In this document: positions 1 through 21,100 of the stretch, one piece after another
Layout of the letters: each line of letters begins with the position of its first letter
Position numbering within the stretch: the first letter of the stretch is position 1
NCBI GenBank assembly: GCA_964016885.1
Contig: OZ024741.1
Coordinates: 229,338,001 to 229,402,000, forward strand
Reading direction: 5' to 3'
Length of the DNA: 64,000 nt
Source: Eledone cirrhosa
Lineage: Eukaryota
Position numbers and translations under genes: made by a program
The notes under the pieces: generated by a model
Told to the model about the DNA's origin: nothing
Databases searched by the model: none
Seen by the model: only the letters and a program-made list of their open reading frames with translations

Positions 1-289
1 TATGCATACACCCCAGACTGATACAAATACACACCAGACTTATACACATACACACCAGACTGATATACATACACACCAGACTGATACACATACACACCAG
101 ACTGATACACATACACACCAGACTGATACACATACACACCAGACTGATACACACACACACCAGACTGATACACATACACACCAGACTGATACACACACAC
201 ACCAGACTGATACACATACACATCAGACTGATATACATACACACCAAACTGATACACATACACACCAGACTGATACACATACACACCAG

Positions 290-3200
290 ACTGATACACA
301 TACACACCAGACTGATACACATACACACCAGACTGATACACATACACACCAGACTGATACACATACACACCAGACTGATACACATACACACCAGACTGAT
401 ACAGATACACACCAGACTGATATACATATACACCAGACTGATACACATACACACCAGACCGATATACATACACACCATACTGATACACATACACACCAGA
501 CTGATACACATACACACCAGACTGATACACATACACACCAGAATGATACACATACACACCAGACTGATATACATACACACCAGACTGATACACATACACA
601 CCAGACTGATACACATACACACCAGACTGATACACATACACACCAGACTGATACACATACACACCAGACTGATATACATACACCCCAGGCTTATATACAT
701 ACACACCAGACTGATATACATACACACCAGACTGATACACATACACACCAGACTGATACACATACACCCCAGGCTTATATACATACACACCAGACTGATA
801 TACATACACACCAGACTGATACACATACACACCAGACTGATTCACATACTCACCAGACTGATACACTTACACACCAGTCTGATACACATACACACCAGAA
901 TGATACACATACACACCAGACTGATACACATACACACCAGACTGATACACATACACACCAGACTGATATACATACACACCAGACTGATATACATACACAC
1001 CAGACTGATATACATACAGACCAGACTGATATACATACACACCAGACTGATACACATACACACCAGACTGATACACATACACACCAGACTGATACACATA
1101 CACACCAGACTGATATACATACACACCAGACTGATACACATACACACCAGACTGATATACATACACACCAGACTGATACACATACTCACCAGACTGATAC
1201 ACTTACACACCAGACTGATATACATACACACCAGACTGATACACATACCCACCAAACTGATACACATACACACCAGACTGATACACATAAACACCAGACT
1301 GATACACATACACACAAGACTGATATACATACACACCAGACTGATACACACACACTCCAGACTGATGTACATACACACCAGACTGATACACATACACACC
1401 AGACTGATACACATACACACCAGACTGATACACATACACACCAGACTGATACACATACACACCAGACTGATATACATACACACCAGACTGAGACACATAC
1501 ACACCAGAATGATACACATACACACCAGACTGATATACATACACACCAGACTGATACACATACACACCAGACTGATATACATACACACCAGACTGATACA
1601 CATACACACCAGACTGATACAAACACACACCAGACTGATACACATACACACCAGACTGATATGCATACACCCCAGACTGATATACATACACACCAGACTG
1701 ATATACACACACACCAGACTGATACAAATACACACCAGACTGATACACATACACACCAGACTGATACACATACACACCAGACTGATATACACACACACCA
1801 GACTGATATACAAACACACCAGACTGATACACATACACACCAGACTGATACACATACACACCAGACTGATACAAATACACACCAGACTGATACACATACA
1901 CACCAGACTGATATACATACACACCAGACTGATACACATAAACACCAGACTAATACAGATACAAACCAAACTGATACACATACACACCAGACTGATATAC
2001 ACACACACCAGACTGATACACATACACACCAGACTGATATGCATACACCCCAGACTGATATACATACACACCAGACTGATACACATACACACCAGACTGA
2101 TACAAATACACACCAGACTGATATACATACACACCAGACTGATACAGATACACACCAGACTGATACACATACACACCAGACTGATACACATACACACCAG
2201 ACTGATACACGTACACACCAGACTGATACACATACACACCAGACTGATACACATACACACCAGACTGATATACATACATACCAGACTGATACACATACAC
2301 ACCAGACTGATACACATACACAGCAGACTGATATACATACACACCAGACTGATACACATACACACCAGACTGCTATACATACACACCAGACTGATATACA
2401 AACACACCAGACTGAAACACATACACACCAGTCTGATACACATACACACCAGACTGATATACATACACACCAGACTGATACACATACACACCAGACTGAT
2501 ACACATACACACCAGACTGATACACATACACACCAGACTGATATACATACACACCAGACTGATATACATACACACCAGACTGATACACATACACACCAGA
2601 CTGATACATATACACACCAGACTGATACACAAACACACCAGACTGATATACATACACACCAGACTGATATACATACACACCAGACTGATATACATACACA
2701 CCAGACTGATCTACATACACACCTGACTGATACACATACACACCAGACTGATACACATACACACCAGACTGATATACATACACACCAGACTGATATACAT
2801 ACACACCAGACTGATACACATACACACCAGACTGATACATATCACACCAGACTGATACACATACACACCAGACTGATATACATACACACCAGACTGATAT
2901 ACATACACACCAGACTGATATACATACACACCAGACTGATACACATACACACCAGACTGATACATATACACACCAGACTGATACACATACACACCAGACT
3001 GATATACATACACACCAGACTGATACACATACACACCAGACTGATACACATACACACCAGACTGATACACATACACACCAGACTGATATACATACACACC
3101 AGACTGATATACATACACACCAGACTGATACACATACACACCAGACTGATACATATACACACCAGACCGATACACATACACACCAGACTGATATACATAC

Positions 3201-3850
3201 ACACCAGACTGATACATATACACACCAGACTGATACACATACACACCAGACTGATATACATACACACCAGACTGATACACATACACACCAGACTGATACA
3301 TATACACACCAGACTGATACACATACACACCAGACTGATATACATACACATCAGACTGATATACATACACACCAGACTGATACACATACACACCAGACTG
3401 ATACACATACACACCAGACTGATACAGATACACACCAGACTGATATACATATACACCAGACTGATACACATACACACCAGACTGATATACATACACACCA
3501 GACTGATATACATACACAGCAGACTGATACACATACACACCAGACTGATACACATACACACCAGACTGATACAAATACACACTAGACTGATACACATACA
3601 CACCACACTGATATACATACACACCAGACTGATATACATACACACCAGACTGATACACATACACACCAGACTGATACACATACACACCAGACTGATATAC
3701 ATACACACCAGACTGATACACATACACACCAGACTGATACACATACACACCAGAATGATACACATACACTCCAGACTGATACACATACACACCAGACTGA
3801 TACACATACACACCAGACTGATACACATACACACCAGACTGATATAAAGA
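290..3850. repeat. Divergent sub-array with many private unit variants and no obvious kb-scale higher-order repeat
   Basis: Singleton or rare variants such as GACCGAT (~456), GAGACAC (~1490), GATGTAC (~1364), GAAACAC (~2414), GATCTAC (~2708) and a 20-bp unit at ~2834-2853. Lacks the 23-bp CA unit of domain A. Boundaries approximate. Confidence 0.7.
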
Positions 3851-6800
3851 CACACCAGACTGATACACATACACACCAGACTGATACACATATACACCAG
3901 ACTGATACACATACACACCATACTGATATACATACACACTAGACTGATATGCATAAACACCAGACTGATACAAACACACACCAGACTGATACACATACAC
4001 ACCAGACTGATATGCATACACCCCAGACTGATACAAATACACACCAGACTTATACACATACACACCAGACTGATATACATACACACCAGACTGATACACA
4101 TACACACCAGACTGATACACATACACACCAGACTGATACACATACACACCAGACTGATACACACACACACCAGACTGATACACATACACACCAGACTGAT
4201 ACACACACACACCAGACTGATACACATACACATCAGACTGATATACATACACACCAAACTGATACACATACACACCAGACTGATACACATACACACCAGA
4301 CTGATATACATACACACCAGACTGATTCACATACACACCATACTGATATACATACACACCAGACTGATATACATACACACAAGACTGATACACATACACA
4401 CCAGACTGATACACATACACACCAGACTGATACACATTCACACCAGACTGATATACATACACACCAGACTGATTCACATACACACCATACTGATATACAT
4501 ACACACCATACTGATATACATACACACCAGACTGATATACATACACACCAGACTGATACACATACACATCAGACTGATACACATACACACCAGACTGATA
4601 TACATACACACCAGACTGATACACATACACACCAGACTGATATACACACACACCAGACTGATACACACACACACAAGACTGATACACATACACACCAGAC
4701 TGATACACATACACATCAGACTGATACACATACACACCAAACTGATACACATACACACCAGACTGATACACATACACACCAGACTGATACACATACACAT
4801 CAGACTGATATACATACACACCAAACTGATATACACACACACCAGACTGATACACATACACACCAGACTGATACACACACACACACCAGACTGATACACA
4901 TACACATCAGACTGATATACATACACACCAAACTGATACACATACACACCAGACTGATACACAAACACACCAGACTGATACACATACACACCAGACTGAT
5001 ACACATACACACCAGACTGATACAGATACACACCAGACTGATACACATACACACCAGACTGATACACATACACACCAGACTGATACACATACATACCAGA
5101 CTGATATACATACACATCAGACTGATATACATACACACCAGACTGATACACATACACACCAGACTGATACATATGCACACCAGACTGATACACGTACACA
5201 CCAGACTGATATACATACACACCAGACTGATATACATACACACCAGACTGATATACATACACACCAGTCAGATACACATACACACCAGACTGATACATAT
5301 ACACACCAGACTGATATACATAAACACCAGACTGATATACATACACACCAGACTGATACACATACACACCAGAATGATACACATACACTCCAGACTGATA
5401 TACATACACACCAGACTGATACACATACCCACCAGACTGATACACATACACACCAGACTGATATACATACACACCAGACTGATACACATACACACCAGAC
5501 TGATACACATACACACCAGACTGATATACATACACACTAGACTGATATACATACACACCAGACTGATACACATACAGTCCAGACTGATATACATACACAC
5601 CAGACTGATATACATACACACCAGACTGATACACATACACACCAGACTGATACACATACACACCAGACTGATACACATACATACCAGACTGATATACATA
5701 CACATCAGACTGATACACATACACACCAGACTGATACACATACACATCAGACTGATACACATACACACCAGACTGATACAAATACACACCAGACTGATAC
5801 ACATACACACCAGACTGATATACATACACATCAGACTGATACACATACACACCAGACTGATATACATACACACTAGACTGATATGCATACACACCAGACT
5901 GATACAAACACACACCAGACTGATACACATACACATCAGACTGATATACATACACACCAAACTGATACACATACACACCAGACTGATACACATACACACC
6001 AGACTGATATACATACACACCAGACTGATTCACATACACACCATACTGATATACATACACACCAGACTGATATACATACACACAAGACTGATACACATAC
6101 ACACCAGACTGATACACATACACACCAGACTGATACACATACACAGCAGACTGATATACATACACACCAGACTGATTCACATACACACCATACTGATATA
6201 CATACACACCATACTGATATACATACACACCAGACTGATATACATACACACCAGACTGATACACATACACATCAGACTGATACACATACACACCAGACTG
6301 ATATACATACACACCAGACTGATACACATACACACAAGACTGATATACACACACACCAGACTGATACACACACACACACAAGACTAATACACATACACAC
6401 CAGACTGTTACACATACACATCAGACTTATACATATACACACCAAACTGATACACATACACACCAGACTGATACACATACACACCAGACTGATACACATA
6501 CACATCAGACTGATATACATACACACCAAACTGATATACACACACACCAGACTGATACACATACACACCAGACTGATACACACACACACACCAGACTGAT
6601 ACACATACACATCAGACTGATATACATACACACCAAACTGATACACATACACACCAGACTGATACACAAACACACCAGACTGATACACATACAAACCAGA
6701 CTGATACACATACACACCAGACTGATACAGATACACACCAGACTGATACACATACACACCAGACTGATATACATACACACCAGACTGATATACATACACA

Positions 6801-9800
6801 CCAGACTGATACACATACACACCAGACTGATACACATACACACCAGACTGATACACATACATACCAGACTGATATACATACACACCAGACTGATATACAT
6901 ACACACCAGACTGATACACATACACACCAGACTGATACATATACACACCAGACTGATACACATACACACCAGACTGATATACATACACACCAGACTGATA
7001 TACATACACACCAGACTGATATACATACACACCAGACTGATACACATACACACCAGACTGATACATATACACACCAGACTGATATACATAAACACCAGAC
7101 TGATATACATACACACCAGACTGATACACATACACACCAGAATGATACACATACACTCCAGACTGATATACATACACACCAGACTGATACACATACACAC
7201 CAGACTGATACACATACACACCAGACTGATATACATACACACCAGACTGATACACATACACACCAGACTGATACACATACACACCAGACTGATATACATA
7301 CACACTAGACTGATATACATACACACCAGACTGATACACATACACTCCAGACTGATATACATACACACCAGACTGATATACATACATACCAGACTGATAC
7401 ACATACACACCAGACTGATACACATACACACCAGACTGATACAAATACACACCAGACTGATACACATACACACCAGACTGATATACATACACATCAGACT
7501 GATACACATACACACCAGACTGATACACATACACACCAGACTGATACACATACACACCAGACTGTTACAAATACACACCAGACTGATACACATACACACC
7601 AGACTGATATACATACACATCAGACTGATACACATACACACCAGACTTATACACATACACATCAGACTGATACACATACACACCAGACTGATACAAATAC
7701 ACACCAGACTGATACACATACACACCAGACTGATATACATACACATCAGACTGATACACATACACACCAGACTGATACACATACACACCAGACTGATACA
7801 CATACACACCAGACTGATATGCATACACACCAGACTGATACAAACACACACCAGACTGATACACATACACACCAGACTGATATGCATACACCCCAGACTG
7901 ATACAAATACACACCAGACTGATACACATACACACCAGACTGATATACATACACACCAGACTGATATACATACACACCAGACTGATACACATACACACCG
8001 GACTGATACACATACACACCAGACTGATACACACACACACCAGACTGATACACATACACACCAGACTGATACACACACACACCAGACTGATACACATACA
8101 CATCAGACTGATATACATACACACCAAACTGATACACATACACACCAGACTGATACACATACACACCAGACTGATATACATACACACCAGACTGATTCAC
8201 ATACACACCATACTGATATACATACACACCAGACTGATATACATACACACAAGACTGATACACATACACACCAGACTGATACACATACACACCAGACTGA
8301 TATACATACACACCAGAATGATTCACATACACACCATACTGATATACATACACACCATACTGATATACATACACACCAGACTGATATACATACACACCAG
8401 ACTGATACACATACACATCAGACTGATACACATACACACCAGACTGATATACATACACACCAGACTGATACACATACACACCAGACTGATATACACACAC
8501 ACCAGACTGATACACACCCACACAAGACTGATACACATACACACCAGACTGATACACATACACATCAGACTGATATACATACACACCAGACTGATTCACA
8601 TACACACCATACTGATATACATACACACCAGACTGATATACATACACACCAGACTGATACACATACACACCAGACTGATACACATATACACCAGACTGAT
8701 ACACATACACACCAGACTGATATACATACACACTAGACTGATATGCATAAACACCAGACTGATACAAACACACACCAGACTGATACACATACACACCAGA
8801 CTGATATGCATACACCCCAGACTGATACAAATACACACCAGACTTATACACATACACACCAGACTGATATACATACACACCAGACTGATACACATACACA
8901 CCAGACTGATACACATACACACCAGACTGATACACATACACACCAGACTGATACACACACACACCAGACTGATACACATACACACCAGACTGATACACAC
9001 ACACACCAGACTGATACACATACACATCAGACTGATATACATACACACCAAACTGATACACATACACACCAGACTGATACACATACACACCAGACTGATA
9101 TACATACACACCAGACTGATTCACATACACACCATACTGATATACATACACACCAGACTGATATACATACACACAAGACTGATACACATACACACCAGAC
9201 TGATACACATACACACCAGACTGATACACATACACACCAGACTGATATACATACACACCAGACTGATTCACATACACACCATACTGATATACATACACAC
9301 CATACTGATATACATACACACCAGACTGATATACATACACACCAGACTGATACACATACACATCAGACTGATACACATACACACCAGACTGATATACATA
9401 CACACCAGACTGATACACATACACACCAGACTGATATACACACACACCAGACTGATACACACACACACAAGACTGATACACATACACACCAGACTGATAC
9501 ACATACACATCAGACTGATACACATACACACCAAACTGATACACATACACACCAGACTGATACACATACACACCAGACTGATACACATACACATCAGACT
9601 GATATACATACACACCAAACTGATATACACACACACCAGACTGATACACATACACACCAGACTGATACACACACACACACCAGACTGATACACATACACA
9701 TCAGACTGATATACATACACACCAAACTGATACACATACACACCAGACTGATACACAAACACGCCAGACTGATACACATACACACCAGACTGATACACAT

Positions 9801-12800
9801 ACACACCAGACTGATACAGATACACACCAGACTGATACACATACACACCAGACTGATACACATACACACCAGACTGATACACATACATACCAGACTGATA
9901 TACATACACACCAGACTGATATACATACACACCAGACTGATACACATACACACCAGACTGATACATATGCACACCAGACTGATACACATACACACCAGAC
10001 TGATATACATACACACCAGACTGATATACATACACACCAGACTGATATACATACACACCAGTCTGATACACATACACACCAGACTGATACATATACACAC
10101 CAGACTGATATACATAAACACCAGACTGATATACATACACACCAGACTGATACACATACATACCAGAATGATACACATACACTCCAGACTGATATACATA
10201 CACACCAGACTGATACACATACACACCAGACTGATACACATACACACCAGACTGATATACATACACACCAGACTGATACACATACACAGCAGACTGATAC
10301 ACATACACACCAGACTGATATACATACACACTAGACTGATATACATACACACCAGACTGATACACATACACTCCAGACTGATATACATACACACCAGACT
10401 GATATACATACACACCAGACTGATACACATACACACCAGACTGATACACATACACACCAGACTGATACACATACACACCAGACTGATATACATACACATC
10501 AGACTGATACACATACACACCAGACTGATACACATACACATCAGACTGATACACATACACACCAGACTGATACAAATACACACCAGACTGATACACATAC
10601 ACACCAGACTGATATACATACACATCAGACTGATACACATACACACCAGACTGATATACATACACACTAGACTGATATGCATACACACCAGACTGATACA
10701 AACACACACCAGACTGATACACATACACACCAGACTGATATGCATACACCCCAGACTGATACAAATACACACCAGACTTATACACATACACACCAGACTG
10801 ATATACATACACACCAGACTGATACACATACACACCAGACTGATACACATACACACCAGACTGATACACATACACACCAGACTGATACACACACACACCA
10901 GACTGATACACATACACACCAGACTGATACACACACACACCAGACTGATACACATACACATCAGACTGATATACATACACACCAAACTGATACACATACA
11001 CACCAGACTGATACACATACACACCAGACTGATATACATACACACCAGACTGATTCACATACACACCATACTGATATACATACACACCAGACTGATATAC
11101 ATACACACAAGACTGATACACATACACACCAGACTGATACACATACACACCAGACTGATACACATACACAGCAGACTGATATACATACACACCAGACTGA
11201 TTCACATACACACCATACTGATATACATACACACCATACTGATATACATACACACCAGACTGATATACATACACACCAGACTGATACACATACACATCAG
11301 ACTGATACACATACACACCAGACTGATATACATACACACCAGACTGATACACATACACACAAGACTGATATACACACACACCAGACTGATACACACACAC
11401 ACAAGACTAATACACATACACACCAGACTGTTACACATACACATCAGACTTATACATATACACACCAAACTGATACACATACACACCAGACTGATACACA
11501 TACACACCAGACTGATACACATACACATCAGACTGATATACATACACACCAAACTGATATACACACACACCAGACTGATACACATACACACCAGACTGAT
11601 ACACACACACACACCAGACTGATACACATACACATCAGACTGATATACATACACACCAAACTGATACACATACACACCAGACTGATACACAAACACACCA
11701 GACTGATACACATACACACCAGACTGATACACATACACACCAGACTGATACAGATACACACCAGACTGATACACATACACACCAGACTGATATACATACA
11801 CACCAGACTGATATACATACACACCAGACTGATACACATACACACCAGACTGATACACATACACACCAGACTGATACACATACATACCAGACTGATATAC
11901 ATACACACCAGACTGATATACATACACACCAGACTGATACACATACACACCAGACTGATACATATACACACCAGACTGATACACATACACACCAGACTGA
12001 TATACATACACACCAGACTGATATACATACACACCAGACTGATATACATACACACCAGACTGATACACTTACACACCAGACTGATACATATACACACCAG
12101 ACTGATATACATAAACACCAGACTGATACACATACACACCAGACTGATACACATACACACCAGACTGATACCCATACACACCAGACTGATATACATACAC
12201 ACTAGACTGATATACATACACACCAGACTGATACACATACACTCCAGACTGATATACATACACACCAGACTGATATACATACATACCAGACTGATACACA
12301 TACACACCAGACTGATACACATACACACCAGACTGATACAAATACACACCAGACTGATACACATACACACCAGACTGATATACATACACATCAGACTGAT
12401 ACTCATACACACCAGACTGATACACATACACACCAGACTGATACACATACACACCAGACTGATACAAATACACACCAGACTGATACACATACACACCAGT
12501 CTGATATACATACACATCAGACTGATACACATACACACCAGACTTATACACATACACATCAGACTGATACACATACACACCAGACTGATACAAATACACA
12601 CCAGACTGATACACATACACACCAGACTGATATACATACACATCAGACTGATACACATACACACCAGACTGATACACATACACACCAGACTGATACACAT
12701 ACACACCAGACTGATATGCATACACACCAGACTGATACAAACACACACCAGACTGATACACATACACACCAGACTGATATGCATACACCCCAGACTGATA

Positions 12801-15800
12801 CAAATACACACCAGACTGATACACATACACACCAGACTGATATACATACACACCAGACTGATATACATACACACCAGACTGATACACATACACACCGGAC
12901 TGATACACATACACACCAGACTGATACACACACACACCAGACTGATACACATACACACCAGACTGATACACACACACACCAGACTGATACACATACACAT
13001 CAGACTGATATACATACACACCAAACTGATACACATACACACCAGACTGATACACATACACACCAGACTGATATACATACACACCAGACTGATTCACATA
13101 CACACCATACTGATATACATACACACCAGACTGATATACATACACACAAGACTGATACACATACACACCAGACTGATACACATACACACCAGACTGATAT
13201 ACATACACACCAGAATGATTCACATACACACCATACTGATATACATACACACCATACTGATATACATACACACCAGACTGATATACATACACACCAGACT
13301 GATACACATACACATCAGACTGATACACATACACACGAGACTGATATACATACACACCAGACTGATACACATACACACCAGACTGATATACACACACACC
13401 AGACTGATAAACACCCACACAAGACTGATACACATACACACCAGACTGATACACATACACATCAGACTGATACACATACACACCAAACTGATACACATAC
13501 ACACCAGACTGATACACATACACACCAGACTGATACACATACACATCAGACTGATATACATACACCCCAAACTGATATACACACACACCAGACTGATACA
13601 CATACACACCAGACTGATACACACACACACACCAGACTTATACACATACACATCAGACTGATATACATACACACCAAACTGATACACATACACACCAGAC
13701 TGATACACAAACACACCAGACTGATACACATACACACCAGACTGATACACATACACACCAGACTGATACAGATACACACCAGACTGATACACTTACACAC
13801 CAGACTGATACACATACACACCAGACTGATATACATACACACCAGACTGATATACATACACACTAGACTGATACACATACACACCAGACTGATACACATA
13901 CACACCAGACTGATACACATACATACCAGACTGATATACATACACACCAGACTGATACACATACACACCAGACTGATACATATACACACCAGACTGATAC
14001 ACATACACACCAGACTGATATACATACACACCAGACTGATATACATACACACCAGACTGATATACATACACACCAGACTGATACACATACACACCAGACT
14101 GATACATATACACACCAGACTGATATACATAAACACCAGACTGATATACATACACACCAGACTGATACACATACACACCAGACTGATACACATATACACC
14201 AGACTGATACACATACACACCAGACTGATATACATACACACCAGACTGATATACATACACACCAGACTGATACACATACACACCAGACTGATACATATAC
14301 ACACCAGACTGATACACATACACACCAGACTGATATACATACACACCAGACTGATACATATACACACCAGACTGATACACATACACACCAGACTGATATA
14401 CATACACACCAGACTGATATACATACACACCAGACTGATACACATACACACCAGACTGATACATATACACACCAGACTGATACACATACACACCAGACTG
14501 ATATACATACACACCAGACTGATATACATACACACCAGACTGATACACATACACACCAGACTGATATACATACACACCAGACTGATACATATACACACCA
14601 GACTGATACACATACACACCAGACTGATACACATACACACCAGACTGATATACATACACACCAGACTGATACATATACACACCAGACTGATACATATACA
14701 CACCAGACTGATACACATACACAACAGACTGATATACATACACACCAGACTGATATACATACACACCAGACTGATACACATACACACCAGACTGATACAC
14801 ATACACACCAGACTGATACACATACATACCAGACTGATATACATACACACCAGACTGATACACATACACACCAGACTGATACACATACACACCAGACTGA
14901 TACACATACATACCAGACTGATATACATACACACCAGACTGATATACATACACACCAGACTGATACACATACACACCAGACTGATATACATACACACTAG
15001 ACTGATATGCATACACACCAGACTGATACAAACACACACCAGACTGATACACATACACACCAGGCTGATATGCATACACCGCAGACTGATACAAATACAC
15101 ACCAGACTTATACACATACACACCAAACTGATATACATACACACCAGACTGATACACATACACACCAGACTGATACACACACACACCAGACTGATACACA
15201 TACACACCAGACTGATACACACACACACCAGACTGATACACATACACATCAGACTGATATACATACACACCAAACTGATACACATACACACCAGACTGAT
15301 ACACATACACACCAGACTGATATACATACACACCAGACTGATTCACATACACAGCATACTGATATACATACACACCAGACTGATTCACATACACACCATA
15401 CTGATATACATACACACCATACTGATATACATACACACCAGACTGATATACATACACACCAGACTGATACACATACACATCAGACTGATACACATACACA
15501 CCAGACTGATATACATACACACCAGACTGATACACATACACACAAGACTGATATACACACACACCAGACTGATACACACACACACAAGACTAATACACAT
15601 ACACACCAGACTGTTACACATAGACATCAGACTTATACATATACACACCAAACTGATACACATACACACCAGACTGATACACATACACACCAGACTGATA
15701 CACATACACATCAGACTGATATACATACACACCAAACTGATATACACACACACCAGACTGATACACATACACACCAGACTGATACACACACACACACCAG

Positions 15801-18149
15801 ACTGATACACATACACATCAGACTGATATACATACACACCAAACTGATACACATACACACCAGACTGATACACAAACACACCAGACTGATACACATACAC
15901 ACCAGACTGATACACATACACACCAGACTGATACAGATACACACCAGACTGATACACATACACACCAGACTGATATACATACACACCAGACTGATATACA
16001 TACACACCAGACTGATACACATACACACCAGACTGATACACATACACACCAGACTGATACACATACATACCAGACTGATATACATACACACCAGACTGAT
16101 ATACATACACACCAGACTGATACACATACACACCAGACTGATACATATACACACCAGACTGATACACATACACACCAGACTGATATACATACACACCAGA
16201 CTGATATACATACACACCAGACTGATATACATACACACCAGACTGATACACATACACACCAGACTGATACATATACACACCAGACTGATATACATAAACA
16301 CCAGACTGATATACATACACACCAGACTGATACACATACACACCAGAATGATACACATACACTCCAGACTGATATACATGCACACCAGACTGATACACAT
16401 ACACACCAGACTGATACACATACACACCAGACTGATATACATACACACCAGACTGATACACATACACACCAATCTGATATACATACACACTAGACTGATA
16501 TACATACACACCAGACTGATACACATACACTCCAGACTGATATACATACACACCAGACTGATATACATACACACCAGACTGATACACATACACACCAGAC
16601 TGATACACATACACACCAGACTGATACAAATACACACCAGACTGATACACATACACACCAGACTGATATACATACACATCAGACTGATACACATACACAC
16701 CAGACTGATACACATACACACCAGACTGATACACATACACACCAGACTGATACAAATACACACCAGACTGATACACATACACACCAGACTGATATACATA
16801 CACATCAGACTGATACACATACACACCAGACTTATACACATACACATCAGACTGATACACATACACACCAGACTGATACAAATACACACCAGACTGATAC
16901 ACATACACACCAGACTGATATACATACACATCAGACTGATACACATACACACCAGACTGATACACATACACACCAGACTGATACACATACACACCAGACT
17001 GATATGCATACACCCCAGACTGATACAAATACACACCAGACTGATACACATACACACCAGACTGATATACATACACACCAGACTGATATACATACACACC
17101 AGACTGATACACATACACACCGGACTGATACACATACACACCAGACTGATACACACACACACCAGACTGATACACATACACACCAGACTGATACACACAC
17201 ACACCAGACTGATACACATACACATCAGACTGATATACATACACACCAAACTGATACACATACACACCAGACTGATACACATACACACCAGACTGATATA
17301 CATACACACCAGACTGATTCACATACACACCATACTGATATACATACACACCAGACTGATATACATACACACAAGACTGATACACATACACACCAGACTG
17401 ATACACATACACACCAGACTGATATACATACACACCAGAATGATTCACATACACACCATACTGATATACATACACACCATACTGATATACATACACACCA
17501 GACTGATATACATACACACCAGACTGATACACATACACATCAGACTGATACACATACACACCAGACTGATATACATACACACCAGACTGATACACATACA
17601 CACCAGACTGATATACACACACACCAGACTGATACACACCCACACAAGACTGATACACATACACACCAGACTGATACACATACACATCAGACTGATACAC
17701 ATACACACCAAACTGATACACATACACACCAGACTGATACACATACACACCAGACTGATACACATACACATCAGACTGATATACATACACACCAAACTGA
17801 TATACACACACACCAGACTGATACACATACACACCAGACTGATACACACACACACACCAGACTTATACACATACACATCAGACTGATATACATATACACC
17901 AAACTGATACACATACACACCAGACTGATACACAAACACACCAGACTGATACACATACACACCAGACTGATACACATACACACCAGACTGATACAGATAC
18001 ACACCAGACTGATACACTTACACACCAGACTGATACACATACACACCAGACTGATATACATACACACCAGACTGATATACATACACACTAGACTGATACA
18101 CATACACACCAGACTGATACACATACACACCAGACTGATACACATACAT

Positions 18150-21100
18150 ACCAGACTGATACACATACACACCAGACTGATACACATACACACCAGACTG
18201 ATACACATACACACCAGACTGATATGCATACACACCAGACTGATACAAACACACACCAGACTGATACACATACACACCAGACTGATATGCATACACCCCA
18301 GACTGATACAAATACACACCAGACTGATACACATACACACCAGACTGATATACATACACACCAGATTGATATACATACACACCAGACTGATACACATACA
18401 CACCGGACTGATACACATACACACCAGACTGATACACACACACACCAGACTGATACACATACACACCAGACTGATACACACACACACCAGACTGATACAC
18501 ATACACATCAGACTGATATACATACACACCAAACTGATACACATACACACCAGACTGATACACATACACACCAGACTGATATACATACACACCAGACTGA
18601 TTCACATACACACCATACTGATATACATACACACCAGACTGATATACATACACACAAGACTGATACACATACACACCAGACTGATACACATACACACCAG
18701 ACTGATATACATACACACCAGAATGATTCACATACACACCATACTGATATACATACACACCATACTGATATACATACACACCAGACTGATATACATACAC
18801 ACCAGACTGATACATATACACACCAGACTGATACACATACACACCAGACTGATATACATACACACCAGACTGATATACATACACACCAGACTGATACACA
18901 TACACACCAGACTGATATACATACACACCAGACTGATACATATACACACCAGACTGATACACATACACACCAGACTGATACACATACACACCAGACTGAT
19001 ATACATACACACCAGACTGATACATATACACACCAGACTGATACACATACACACCAGACTGATACACATACATACCAGACTGATATACATACACACCAGA
19101 CTGATACACATACACACCAGACTGATACATATACACACCAGACTGATACACATACACACCAGACTGATATACATACACACCAGACTGATATACATACACA
19201 CCAGACTGATACACATACACACCAGACTGATACACATACACACCAGACTGATACACATACATACCAGACTGATATACATACACACCAGACTGATACACAT
19301 ACACACCAGACTGATACACATACACACCAGACTGATACACATACATACCAGACTGATATACATACACACCAGACTGATATACATACACACCAGACTGATA
19401 CACATACACACCAGACTGATACATATACACACCAGACTGATACACATACACACCAGACTGATATACATACACATCAGACTGATACACATACACACCAGAC
19501 TGATACACATACACACCAGACTGATACACATACACACCAGACTGATACAAATACACACCAGACTGATATGCATACACACCAGACTGATATACATACACAT
19601 CAGACTGATACACATACACACCAGACTTATACACATACACATCAGACTGATACACATACACACGAGACTGATACAAATACACACCAGACTGATACACATT
19701 CACACCAGACTGATATACATACACATCAGACTGATACACATACACACCAGACTGATACACATACACACCAGACTGATACACATACACACCAGACTGATAT
19801 GCATACCCACCAGACTGATACAAACACACACCAGACTGATACACATACACACCAGACTGATATGCATACACCCCAGACTGATACAAATACACACCAGACT
19901 GATACACATACACACCAGACTGATATACATACACACCAGATTGATATACATACACACCAGACTGATACACATACACACCGGACTGATACACATACACACC
20001 AGACTGATACACACACACACCAGACTGATACACATACACACCAGACTGATACACACACACACCAGACTGATACACATACACATCAGACTGATATACATAC
20101 ACACCAAACTGATACACATACACACCAGACTGATACACATACACACCAGACTGATACAGATACACACCAGACTGATACACTTACACACCAGACTGATACA
20201 CATACACACCAGACTGATATACATACACACCAGGCTGATATACATACACACTAGACTGATACACATACACACCAGACTGATACACATACACACCAGACTG
20301 ATACACATACATACCAGACTGATATACATACACACCAGACTGATATACATACACACCAGACTGATACACATACACACCAGACTGATACATATACACACCA
20401 GACTGATACACATACACACCAGACTGATATACATACACACCAGACTGATATACATACACACCAGACTGATATACATACACACCAGACTGATACACATACA
20501 CACCAGACTGATACATATACACACCAGACTGATATACATAAACACCAGACTGATATACATACACACCAGACTGATACACATACACACCAGACTGATACAC
20601 ATATACACCAGACTGATACACATACACACCAGACTGATATACATACACACCAGACTGATATACATACACACCAGACTGATACACATACACACCAGACTGA
20701 TACATATACACACCAGACTGATACACATACACACCAGACTGATATACATACACACCAGACTGATACATATACACACCAGACTGATACACATACACACCAG
20801 ACTGATATACATACACACCAGACTGATACACATACACACCAGACTGATACACATATACACCAGACTGATACACATACACACCAGACTGATATACATACAC
20901 ACCAGACTGATATACATACACACCAGACTGATACACATACACACCAGACTGATACATATACACACCAGACTGATACACATACACACCAGACTGATATACA
21001 TACACACCAGACTGATACATATACACACCAGACTGATACACATACACACCAGACTGATATACATACACACCAGACTGATATACATACACACCAGACTGAT

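Noticed and set aside
222-232. ATCAGACTGAT matches the middle of mature miR-21 (UAGCUUAUCAGACUGAUGUUGA)
   Set aside because: Only 11 nt, largely outside the seed, present only in a variant unit, and with no precursor hairpin context. Consistent with chance.
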